DNA of 64,000 nucleotides from Salinispira sp. (GTDB lineage: Bacteria > Spirochaetota > Spirochaetia > DSM-27196 > Salinispiraceae). Location of the stretch: positions 512,001-576,000 of the forward strand of contig CBDDDG010000010.1 in the NCBI GenBank assembly GCA_965226555.1, in the 5' to 3' direction. Each line of letters starts with the position of its first letter. Positions within the stretch are counted from its first letter, which is position 1. Both the position numbers and the translations under genes were made by a program. Shown one piece after another: positions 12,510 through 21,304 of the stretch. The notes under the pieces were generated by a model, which saw only the letters and a program-made list of their open reading frames with translations, was not told the origin of the DNA and ran no database searches.

Positions 12510-12896
12510 TTATTTTACCTCGACTGCCGCACCCGCTTCTTCAAGCGTTTTTTTGATTTTCGCAGCCTCATCCTTTGAGACATTTTCCTTGACAACACCA
12601 TTTGCTTCAACGAGTTCCTTTGCCTCCTTAAGACCAAGACCGGAAACAATTGTACGCACTGCCTTAATGACGTTTATCTTCTTTTCTCCGGTATTCGCAA
12701 TTTTAACAGTAAATTCAGTCTGTTCATCCTCTACTGCAGACGCTGCGTCGGCATCACCCGCAGGAGCTGCTGCCATTGCAACAGGAGCAACTGCGCTAAC
12801 GCCAAACTTTTCTTCCATTGCCTTGATCAGCTCTGATACCTCAAGAACCGTCATACCCGCAATTGCGTCCAAAATATCATTTGTTGAAAGTGCCAT
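12510..12896 (-). CDS. rplL: 50S ribosomal protein L7/L12
   Basis: EEKFGVSA hinge, GLGLKEAK motif. Confidence 0.98.
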   Translation of the reverse strand: MALSTNDILDAIAGMTVLEVSELIKAMEEKFGVSAVAPVAMAAAPAGDADAASAVEDEQTEFTVKIANTGEKKINVIKAVRTIVSGLGLKEAKELVEANGVVKENVSKDEAAKIKKTLEEAGAAVEVK

Positions 12897-12979
12897 ATTA
12901 TCTTCCTCCTAATAATTTCATTTTACAGTGATAGCATAGCACTTCTTAATAAAAGAATACTAACACTGCTTTTTTTCCT

Positions 12980-13076
12980 GAAACTTTTGCATAAAGCATA
13001 AGTTTCTCATTCGGAATGCTTTTATACGCTTAGCATTCTCGCATTTTGTAGAAAATTTTGCATGCACAAAACTTTT
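12980..13076. repeat. AT-rich palindromic element (family A), composite hairpin-linker-hairpin copy
   Basis: GAAACTTTTGCATAAAGCATAAGTTTC + GGAATGCT...TTAGCATTCTC linker + GTAGAAAATTTTGCATGCACAAAACTTT. Confidence 0.8.
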
Positions 13077-13128
13077 TTCCTGTTTCTTCTGGAAATCCGT
13101 TATTCGGATTCTATTCTGCCCCTATGCC

Positions 13129-13668
13129 TTATGCAGATTTTTGTTCAGCCTTTTTTTCAGCAAGGGCCTGTAAAGTTCGAACAAGCTTTGTACTGACAGC
13201 ATTTAATGCAAAGGTAAGGCTCTGAATTGGCGCATTCATTGTTCCCATAAGCTGCGCGATGAGTTCCAAGCGTCCTGGTAATTTACTGAATGCTTCCAGA
13301 TCATTCAGATCAAGTATTTTTCCATCGATCAGCGCGCCCTTAACGGAAAGAGAGCTGTCTTTTGAAAAATTTATGATTTCTTTCGCGACAGGAGCGGATT
13401 CATCCTGCGCGAGGGCGACCGCAGTCGGCCCGGTGAGAAAATCTCCCAGAGCAGGATATTCGAGATCCCTGAGAGCGATTTCTGCATGCCGATTTTTAAC
13501 GACATAATATTCAGCACTCAGTTCTCTCAGTGCGATCCGGAGTTTTGTAATCTCTCCAACGCTCAGGCCTCTATAATCGGTAAAAATGAAATCATTTACT
13601 CCGCTGAAGTTATCCTTCAATGATTGAACAGCAGCTCTCTTTGCTTCCGTAACCTTAGTTTTATACAT
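13129..13668 (-). CDS. rplJ: 50S ribosomal protein L10
   Basis: DYRGL, VVKN, LTGPTAVA motifs; position in operon. Confidence 0.96.
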   Translation of the reverse strand: MYKTKVTEAKRAAVQSLKDNFSGVNDFIFTDYRGLSVGEITKLRIALRELSAEYYVVKNRHAEIALRDLEYPALGDFLTGPTAVALAQDESAPVAKEIINFSKDSSLSVKGALIDGKILDLNDLEAFSKLPGRLELIAQLMGTMNAPIQSLTFALNAVSTKLVRTLQALAEKKAEQKSA

Positions 13669-14354
13669 TATTTGCCATCCTCATCCAAGTACACAAGTTT
13701 TATTCCCGGCCCCATGGTTGATGAGACGGCAAGACTTTTGAAAAAGTCACCCTTTGTTTCCGGGGGACGCTTCCGGTTAACCTCCGAAATAACGGTTTGA
13801 ATGTTCACAAGGAGATCGTTTTCACTCATGGAAACTTTGCCAACTGCCAGATGAATAACCCCTGTTTTATCGGAACGGAATTCAACACGTCCTTTTTTCA
13901 GCTCATTAATTGCAGATGAAACATTCAGAGTAACTGTCTGCGTTTTCGGATTCGGCATGAGACCACGGCGGCCGAGAATCTGTCCGAGTTTTCCAACATC
14001 CTTCATCATATCAGGAGTTGCAACTGCAACATCAAAATCAAGCCAACCTTCTTTAATTTTTTTGATGAGATCATCATCACCAACGTAAATGGCACCAGCA
14101 TCCATGGCCTCTTTTGCCTTCTCTCCCTTCGCAAAGACCAGGATTTTCTTCTCAGTTCGAAACTGGTGAGGAAGAACAAGGGTATCTCGAATGGTCATAC
14201 TTTTCTTCACATTCAAACGTATTGCAATTTCAACGGTCTCATCGAATTTTGCAAAGGCCACTGTTTTAAGCAGCCTGACTGCTTCCTGTGGAGAATATCG
14301 TTTGTCTTTATCGTATTCCTTAAGGGTGTTTCTGTAGTGTTTTCCCTGTCTCAT
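13668..14354 (-). CDS. rplA: 50S ribosomal protein L1
   Basis: FDETVE, GRRGLMPNPK, SSTMGPG motifs. Confidence 0.97.
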   Translation of the reverse strand: MRQGKHYRNTLKEYDKDKRYSPQEAVRLLKTVAFAKFDETVEIAIRLNVKKSMTIRDTLVLPHQFRTEKKILVFAKGEKAKEAMDAGAIYVGDDDLIKKIKEGWLDFDVAVATPDMMKDVGKLGQILGRRGLMPNPKTQTVTLNVSSAINELKKGRVEFRSDKTGVIHLAVGKVSMSENDLLVNIQTVISEVNRKRPPETKGDFFKSLAVSSTMGPGIKLVYLDEDGK

Positions 14355-14356
14355 AC

Positions 14357-14788
14357 CTACTCCTCACACTCAACACCCATTGATCGGGCAGTGCCTGCAA
14401 TAATGTTAATTGCAGCATCAATAGTATTCGCGTTTAAATCGTCCATTTTTATTTCTGCTATTTTTTTCAATTGTTCACGGCTTATTTTGCCAACCTTAAC
14501 CTTATGCGGCTCAGCTGAACCGGACTCAAGTCCAATTTCTTTCTTAATGAGCACAGCAGCAGGTGGGCTTTTTATTTCAAAAGTGAAACTGCGGTCATAA
14601 TAAACAGTAATGATTACAGGAACCAGCAACCCGGCTTCAATATGTTTTGAAGCCTCATTAAACTGCTGAACAAACTGAGGCGCACTCAGACCATGAGGTC
14701 CTAATGCAGGCCCGACAGGTTGAGCAGGCGTAGCTTTCTGCGCGGGAATCTGAAATTTGATAAAGCCCGTTACTCTCTTCTTAGCCAT
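14357..14788 (-). CDS. rplK: 50S ribosomal protein L11
   Basis: [16 protein letters not shown] motifs. Confidence 0.97.
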   Translation of the reverse strand: MAKKRVTGFIKFQIPAQKATPAQPVGPALGPHGLSAPQFVQQFNEASKHIEAGLLVPVIITVYYDRSFTFEIKSPPAAVLIKKEIGLESGSAEPHKVKVGKISREQLKKIAEIKMDDLNANTIDAAINIIAGTARSMGVECEE

Positions 14789-14836
14789 TATATTATACTC
14801 CTCAGGGGTTCCCTCATCACATTTATAGAAACTTTC

Positions 14837-15382
14837 TTATACTTTTTCTACCTGACGAAACTCAACTTCGACAGGAGTATTCCGTCCAAAAATACCAACA
14901 GTTATCTTCAGACGATTTTTTTCATTATGAACTTCTTCAATCTTTCCAGTAAATGACTCAAAGGGACCATCAATTATACGTACTGTTTCGCCTTCAACAT
15001 AATTCTGCCGGAATTTAAAATTGGAATCACCCTTGATTTCTCCAATGCGGGCAAGAAGATTTTTTGTTTCTTCCGTTGAAATTGCCTGTGGTTTGGAATT
15101 TGACTTTGTACCGACAAAACCGCTTACTCCCTGAAGACGATAAATTTGCGAAGTGTAGTGCTGCCACCCAGATTCGGGAAGATCCATCTCAAGAAAAATA
15201 TAACCCGGCAGAACTTTTTGTAACCGTTCCTTCCGCTTAGCGTCAAGCACTTTTTCGGCAGGCACCTTGACATCGCTTACTACCGCAGCAAAATCCTCAT
15301 CATCCATCATTTTGCGAATAGTTTTTTCAATTTTATTTTCATGTCCTGTAAAGGAATGTAAAACATACCAGTTTTTCGCCAT
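14837..15382 (-). CDS. nusG: Transcription termination/antitermination factor NusG
   Basis: WYVLH...GHENK N-terminus, KOW motif, IFGRNTPVE; start MAKNW at 15382. Confidence 0.96.
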   Translation of the reverse strand: MAKNWYVLHSFTGHENKIEKTIRKMMDDEDFAAVVSDVKVPAEKVLDAKRKERLQKVLPGYIFLEMDLPESGWQHYTSQIYRLQGVSGFVGTKSNSKPQAISTEETKNLLARIGEIKGDSNFKFRQNYVEGETVRIIDGPFESFTGKIEEVHNEKNRLKITVGIFGRNTPVEVEFRQVEKV

Positions 15383-15413
15383 CAACTCTCTCTCAGCCAG
15401 ATATAATATAGAG

Positions 15414-15441
15414 AGAAAGTTTTGCATTTTGCAAAACTTTC
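15414..15441. repeat. AT-rich palindromic element (family A), single hairpin
   Basis: AGAAAGTTTTGC-ATTTT-GCAAAACTTTC. Confidence 0.8.
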
Positions 15442-15453
15442 ATATAATAGTTA

Positions 15454-15633
15454 TCAGAAAATTAATTCAACCAAATTTGCCAACAGAAAATCCACCAGTC
15501 CGAGGGCAAGCGCAAAGAGGGTAATTGATACCAATACAACACGTGTACTGGAGGAAACCTCTTCCCTGCTTGGCCAGACCACTTTCTTAAGATCCGCGAC
15601 AATGTCTTTAAAAAACTGAATTACACGTTTCAT
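15454..15633 (-). CDS. secE: Preprotein translocase subunit SecE (59 aa, below ORF-track cutoff)
   Basis: Manual translation MKRVIQFFKDIVADLKKVVWPSREEV...LGLVDFLLANLVELIF; lies between tRNA-Trp and nusG. Confidence 0.95.
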   Translation of the reverse strand: MKRVIQFFKDIVADLKKVVWPSREEVSSSTRVVLVSITLFALALGLVDFLLANLVELIF

Positions 15634-15653
15634 ATCCCAACCCTATAAAGTAA

Positions 15654-15726
15654 CAGGCCCAGCAGGAATCGAACCTGCAACCTTCGGTTTTGGAGACCGA
15701 CGCTCTGCCAGTTGAGCTATAGGCCT
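15654..15726 (-). tRNA. tRNA-Trp (CCA)
   Basis: Reverse complement AGGCCTATAGCTCAACTGGCAGAGC GTCGG TCTCCAAA ACCGA...GGTTCGATTCC. Confidence 0.95.
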
Positions 15727-15738
15727 GTATACGGCCTG

Positions 15739-15811
15739 AGCCTCCGACCGGATTTGAACCGGTGACCCCCACCTTACCATGGTGATGCTCTACCAGCTGA
15801 GCTACAGAGGC
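15739..15811 (-). tRNA. tRNA-Thr (GGT)
   Basis: Reverse complement GCCTCTGTAGCTCAGCTGGTAGAGC...ATGGTAA...GGTTCAAATCC. Confidence 0.93.
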
Positions 15812-15863
15812 ATAAACCAGCACAATAGCAGAACAACATTCCTTCTGTCAATACATACGGATC

Positions 15864-15890
15864 GAAAGTTTTACAAAATGTAAAACTTTC
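15864..15890. repeat. AT-rich palindromic element (family A), covariant hairpin
   Basis: GAAAGTTTTAC-AAAAT-GTAAAACTTTC. Confidence 0.75.
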
Positions 15891-15898
15891 AGATGATT

Positions 15899-16345
15899 TT
15901 ATTCCCGAGTCTCTGCTTTTTTTCTCATCAGGCGATATATGTTTCCAAAGGCATTTGCCCGGCTTGGAGTCAAATGAACCTGCAGTTCGGTCTGATTGCA
16001 GAAATCTTCAACAAGTGAAGAAGAGTTCTGCAGAAAATCGTCAACCAAAAGCCCGCTCAGCGCTTGAATTAAAATAGAAAGATAGCCGCGAACCAACAGG
16101 GCATCGCTCTGCCCCCTGAACTCAATGCGTCCATCTTTCACACTGTGCCCGACATATACATTCGAAACACAGCCCTGAACAAAATTATCAGCTGTTTCTT
16201 CTCCATAGCGCAGGGCTGGGATATCGTCACCAAAATGAGTAAGCTGACGATACATTTCCATACGATCCAGCTCAGCTGCATCTCTCAATTCTTCGGCAAT
16301 ATCCTGTAAATATGCCGCGGCTTCTTCAATCGTTTTATTATTCAT
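15899..16345 (-). CDS. sufE: SufE family Fe-S cluster sulfur acceptor
   Basis: VQGCVSNVY, SDALLVRG, LTPSRANAF motifs. Confidence 0.88.
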   Translation of the reverse strand: MNNKTIEEAAAYLQDIAEELRDAAELDRMEMYRQLTHFGDDIPALRYGEETADNFVQGCVSNVYVGHSVKDGRIEFRGQSDALLVRGYLSILIQALSGLLVDDFLQNSSSLVEDFCNQTELQVHLTPSRANAFGNIYRLMRKKAETRE

Positions 16346-16372
16346 TGCTAAAGAAAGAAGCACTCTCCATAG

Positions 16373-18541
16373 TTATTGAAGTACATCTAAAAGATCGGTA
16401 AGAAATGTTTCCAATGCACCATTACCATCTACAATGGAATATTCACGTTCGGTTTCAAGATAGAGCAGTTGCTGTGCCGGGGTTGCCTGGTTTGCGAAGC
16501 CAACCACTACGTCCCGGGCAAGGGAAATTCCGTCCTGACGCCCCGCATCTTCCGAAGTTTTATAATTTGACCGGATTTCTGTTCTCAGAGCCGGAAAAAC
16601 CGCTTCAAGTTCCCGCGAACCGACAAAATTCTCAAGTGCCTGACGGTTCTGGAATCCATTAGAATCTTCTGCTGTGCGGCGTATCGCGTCAATATCTATA
16701 CGATATTCAGCATATTTATTCTGAATTGATTCTAACTGCTGCTTGATTTTTTGCAAATCATCAATTTCTGCCTGAAGTTCAGTGGAAAATTGCTGCAATT
16801 CATCTCTCCGAGCATTAACATCTGCCAATTCTTCGTTGAGCCCTGAAATTTGAGTTTCATATGATTCAGTTAATTCATTGGTGTCGGACAATTCAACCAA
16901 AAGTTCGCTTTCTCTTTCAAGAACCGCCGCCTGTATCTGCTCATTTATGGCAGTAACGGTTGCAGCTGTATCAATTTCTGTCCGGGCAATAATGGCATTA
17001 ACCGCTTGCAAATTATCGTTGACGACCTGATCTGCCGCGGCGTATCCCATATAAATAAGACTATCGTTTATTAATGATACGTTTTCCTCAAGCTCAGGAA
17101 GTACCTGCAGCGCGCTGTCGAAATTATTAAGGGCAAGCGTATAATTACCATCTCTCATTGCCTGTTCCGCAGCCTGAACAAGGTCTGAAACAGCTTTTGT
17201 TCGCGTATCTAATTCATTGGCAAACTGCTGATTGAGGGCATCGCGGGCATCGGAAATGAGGATATTATTCGCTGTGCGCAGTTCCGGCATGAGGGTGAAT
17301 GTTTCATTGTATATTTCCGATGCGAGTTCTTCATTATTATTACGCAGGGCATTGTTTGCCCGTTCATTGTTCGAACGGATACGGTTGAGAACCTCAAGCT
17401 GATCTGTCAGAGAAGTTACGGTTTCTTCACTATTGAGGGCATTCTGAATGTAATCTTCAATAATTGAAATGACGAAAAGATCAGATGCTCTCCTGTTTGC
17501 GAGGGCGCCAAGGGAGACAACACGTTCTTCATTCAGGAATGTCTGGATCTGACGAATAATGGGAAGTCCATTTTCCCAATTTCTGTTCACAAGCTGTGCC
17601 TGTAATCGTTCAAAAAGCCCGAGAAGTTGGTCTTCAATACCGGATGCCGCCTGCCGTTCTTCCGTAAGCTGGCTCAATGTGTCTCTGGCATTCTGTAAAT
17701 TATCGGCAATGGCATCTGAATCGGCTAGGGCCTGAGATTGCTGCTCAAGTTCTGCGCGCAGATTACTTTCCTGTACCCGTAAGTCGTCAAGAAGTTGATC
17801 TCGTTCAGATTTGAGACCAGTAAGTTCAGTTGAATACTCACCTTGCAGCTGAGCAATGTTATTTTCCAGTTCTGCCTGTTCATTAAGTAATTCTTCTTCA
17901 TAAAGTGCCAGTTGTTCTGCATAGAAGGCCCTCAAAGCATTTTCCCGAGCTGCAAGGAGTCGGATAATTTCAGCTTCACTGCGCCCTTCACGTTCCAGAG
18001 TAGCCTGCAAATCTCCAAGTTCACCGATAATCAGTTCATCATACTCGCTTTTTCGGGAATCAATTCTCGTGAGTAAATTTTCACTCAGAGACTGACGCTG
18101 TTCTTCAAGACCGGTGAGACGCTGCTCAAAATTCTGGATTTCCTGCTCTTTTGCGGATATTTGATCCTGAGACTGCTTCTGAAGTTCCCTGAGCAGCTGA
18201 CCTTCCAGACTTGAAAACTCAATACTTGTTCGAGCAATTGTCGTTGAATCATTCTGGAATGCCCGCCCGAGTAAGAAAATAACAACCGCTACTACAATAA
18301 ATGCCACAAGATTAACCAAAACAGGAAACAAAATTCCCGATTTTGCTCCCTTCAGGACAAAGGCATCTTCGGTCAGAGATGCAGTATTTTCTGATGTGAT
18401 ATTTTCTATGCTCTTCAGTACTTCGCGACGGTCATCTTCGGAAATGCCAATGTCTGAAGATTCCGCAAAAGCATCATCGTGCTGAATATCATTTTTCTGA
18501 ATATCATCTTCGAGAAGATTCGATGAAGTATCTGCTGCCAT
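16373..18541 (-). CDS. Membrane-anchored long coiled-coil protein, function unknown
   Basis: One TM segment (FPVLVNLVAFIVVAVVIFLLG) then heptad-rich E/Q/L sequence; GGAGG SD before MAADT at 18541. Confidence 0.75.
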   Translation of the reverse strand: MAADTSSNLLEDDIQKNDIQHDDAFAESSDIGISEDDRREVLKSIENITSENTASLTEDAFVLKGAKSGILFPVLVNLVAFIVVAVVIFLLGRAFQNDSTTIARTSIEFSSLEGQLLRELQKQSQDQISAKEQEIQNFEQRLTGLEEQRQSLSENLLTRIDSRKSEYDELIIGELGDLQATLEREGRSEAEIIRLLAARENALRAFYAEQLALYEEELLNEQAELENNIAQLQGEYSTELTGLKSERDQLLDDLRVQESNLRAELEQQSQALADSDAIADNLQNARDTLSQLTEERQAASGIEDQLLGLFERLQAQLVNRNWENGLPIIRQIQTFLNEERVVSLGALANRRASDLFVISIIEDYIQNALNSEETVTSLTDQLEVLNRIRSNNERANNALRNNNEELASEIYNETFTLMPELRTANNILISDARDALNQQFANELDTRTKAVSDLVQAAEQAMRDGNYTLALNNFDSALQVLPELEENVSLINDSLIYMGYAAADQVVNDNLQAVNAIIARTEIDTAATVTAINEQIQAAVLERESELLVELSDTNELTESYETQISGLNEELADVNARRDELQQFSTELQAEIDDLQKIKQQLESIQNKYAEYRIDIDAIRRTAEDSNGFQNRQALENFVGSRELEAVFPALRTEIRSNYKTSEDAGRQDGISLARDVVVGFANQATPAQQLLYLETEREYSIVDGNGALETFLTDLLDVLQ

Positions 18542-18637
18542 ACAATTTCTCCTCCTTAAAACGAACACAAACTTTGAACAGAATGTACATAAAGAAATAT
18601 TAATAGTATAATATGCTAAGATTATATCTTTGTCTAC

Positions 18638-18738
18638 TAGAAATTTTGCATAAAGCAAAAATTTCAGATTCGGAATGCTTTCCATGTGCTTAGCATTCTC
18701 CTATTTTATAGAATAGTTTTGCATTTTGCAAAACTTTG
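18638..18738. repeat. AT-rich palindromic element (family A), composite copy
   Basis: TAGAAATTTTGCATAAAGCAAAAATTTC + GGAATGCT...TTAGCATTCTCC + AGTTTTGCATTTTGCAAAACTTT. Confidence 0.85.
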
Positions 18739-19371
18739 TTATAGATTGTTATGAGGTATTTATGAACACGCGGATCCACCGCCCTGTTATTTTCCATGTT
18801 CGCTTAACAGGAAGCGTTTTTGTTACGACGCTCGCCAGCACATGGTTGATACTGGTGAGAAAATTGACCCCCATGGCAATGCAGCACAACAAACACACAG
18901 CGGCGATCTTGTTATGCGTCCGCACTCTCTTTCGGTAAGATACGACATGCTTAAACTCATCATTCTCTTTTCTCCCGCGCAGCAGGCAATGACAGATGTA
19001 CATCACTCGTAATTGAACGTCTCCTTCCCTTCAGTGACCCGCAGCACCAGCACCGGCACACCATGCCATTCGTCGCACTGCCTCAACTGGTAACTCGTTG
19101 ATCGTTGATAATCATACCCGCTCGGTTTGGACTGCATCACTATAGAACCCCTGATGTTTTTGCGCGATCAAGGAGCAACCGCTCATGTTTCCGCGGAATC
19201 CCGCTTTACCGAAGTTTTGCATTCACACAGGTAGAGCCCATGCAATTGCGGCAGGGTATCTCCTTCCCTCAAAAGCATTTTTCAGACCCGCGCAGTTCGT
19301 GCCCTCTGCCCTTATCGGTCTCACAACCTGCACATACGTTCCTGTCTTTGTGTTATGAGGTATACTCCGAT

Positions 19372-19928
19372 ATGAACACGCGGATAATATTTCTGTTTTT
19401 CTTTTTGAACGCAACTTTCTTGTTATTTTCTCAGGAACCGGTCGTTTCCGATCGGTTAAATTGTTGAATCTTTGAATAAAGGTTCGGGCCCGACAACAAG
19501 AATATCTGAAAAAAACAGTTCTGTTTTGCCTGAAACAGCGCTTTTCAGGAAGATCTGGCATCCTGAAACAGCGCGCTTCCCGAGCGGGTACCTTTACTGT
19601 TCTGGAACTTCCCGCCAATCCATTGGAGAAGCTTGAGGAAATCGGTATTATTGTTCCTGCGCAGATACGCTGGCAGCTGAATGAATCTCCCACCTCCGAA
19701 CAATGGACAAGCGCCGGAGCATTTTCATTTCTCGTTACACAGTTGTATGATATTCCCGGGGGAATGTTCTACAGCCTCATGCCAGGCGCGCATTATGCAA
19801 GCAAGGAATTACAATACCTCAATCTTCTTCCATTAGATATGCATCACGGAGAACCAATAAGCGGAACAATGGCAACCAGCATACTTGATCGTGTTGACCT
19901 CATGCTCGAAAATGGAGATATACGATGA
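19372..19928 (+). pseudogene. Frame-broken secreted hypothetical protein (or local sequence error)
   Basis: Signal-peptide start MNTRIIFLFFFLNATFLLFSQ stops at 19467; a C-terminal ORF 19623..19928 is coupled to the next gene. Confidence 0.4.
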
Positions 19929-21184
19929 TAAAACCTCTGCAGCCAATAAAACCGACAAAGCTGACTCTCTTACTGCTTTTGTCCATATTCTCTCTGAGCG
20001 AAGTCCTTGGACAATCCGGCTTTACCTTTGATTTTGATGGACGCATTCAACTCTCTCCGTATCAGTATGATTATCCTGATGGAAATAAAGTGACCATTGA
20101 GATAGCTCCGGATCTTCTGCTTGAAGGAAGAAATTCCCTCGGACCTGATTCTGAGCTTTTGTATCGCCTCGGGGGAAATCTCCTATACTCCCGATACGAT
20201 AAATTTCAGGGAAACCTCAGCGATATCGCCATAGAATTACATATTGGACAAGATCAACCCACCTCCTTCGACCTTATTTTGGGTCGTCAGATTTTCTCTG
20301 ATCCAATAGGAAACATTCTTTCCCAGGGACTTGACGGAATTAATGCCACTCTCCTCGTAGACGATACATTCGAAGCGCATGTGGGGGTGGGATACCTCGG
20401 TCTTTTTCCCGCAAGCTACAGCAATGCTCAACTCAGTGATGATGAAGTTGAAAATCCGACCGAATGGGGAAGCGCTCCAGACAGGCTTTTTGTGATTGGA
20501 GATGCCAGCTTTTTTCCTGCTCCGACAGTTTCACTGGGACTCCACGGCGGTCTGCAAATTGATCTGCAGGAAAATGCATCAACGTATGACTACACAAGCT
20601 GGTATGTCGGCATCGACAGCGTTGGGATACTTGTGCCTGACGCGCCGCCTGATCTTGAGTATCGGGCGCAGGTAAGCCTTGGAGCAGGACCCTCCAATGA
20701 GGATATGGCAGCTGCGCCGGGAATTTTCCTGAGTAATTACTGGTCAGTGCTTATTCCGGGAACTTTCAGTACCGGAGAAGTTGAGATTGGAGCAGATTTT
20801 GCCAGCGGAGAGGGAGACATTGGAGGATTTTCGGCTTTTTCGATTGTACCTCAGGGGGAATTCTTCAGAGGCGGGCTTGATGAGATTTTTTCTCTGAGCT
20901 GGCGTGTAGGATGGAACCCCCTCATTAATCTTGATGATTCGATCTGGCTGAGAAATACCAATATCTACTTAAGCGGTAAACATTTCTGGAATACATCAGA
21001 AAGCGCAAGAACCATAAGCAGGCAGCAGACGGCAGGCGGGGAAGATTTTGGGCATGAACTGAGCATTGGCTTCAGCACTAGTCTGCTATCCGATTTTACG
21101 ATAGAGGGGATCATCGGCGGTTTATTCAAAGGAACCGAGGATGTCAGGTGGTTCTCAAAAATAACTCTTTCTTTGTTGTTCTAA
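19925..21184 (+). CDS. Probable outer-membrane beta-barrel protein
   Basis: Signal peptide, aromatic/Gly-rich beta pattern, C-terminal Phe. Confidence 0.6.
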   Translation: MIKPLQPIKPTKLTLLLLLSIFSLSEVLGQSGFTFDFDGRIQLSPYQYDYPDGNKVTIEIAPDLLLEGRNSLGPDSELLYRLGGNLLYSRYDKFQGNLSDIAIELHIGQDQPTSFDLILGRQIFSDPIGNILSQGLDGINATLLVDDTFEAHVGVGYLGLFPASYSNAQLSDDEVENPTEWGSAPDRLFVIGDASFFPAPTVSLGLHGGLQIDLQENASTYDYTSWYVGIDSVGILVPDAPPDLEYRAQVSLGAGPSNEDMAAAPGIFLSNYWSVLIPGTFSTGEVEIGADFASGEGDIGGFSAFSIVPQGEFFRGGLDEIFSLSWRVGWNPLINLDDSIWLRNTNIYLSGKHFWNTSESARTISRQQTAGGEDFGHELSIGFSTSLLSDFTIEGIIGGLFKGTEDVRWFSKITLSLLF

Positions 21185-21304
21185 CGTGTTCTCAGTTGAT
21201 GTTGTCTGTCACCGTCAATGTTGATCAATCCAAACCCTGCGGAGCAGGAAGCACGGCGGAGAAAAGTTGTCTGTCAATGTTGTTCTTCATCAATCCAAAA
21301 ATAA

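Noticed and set aside
15383..15427. ORF-track N-terminal extensions beginning MQNF/MQKF/MESIP (nusG, rhaA, 16373 gene)
   Set aside because: These ATGs come from family A repeats; better starts with SD sequences lie downstream.
15608..15823. 71-aa ORF
   Set aside because: Overlaps tRNA-Thr and tRNA-Trp; spurious.
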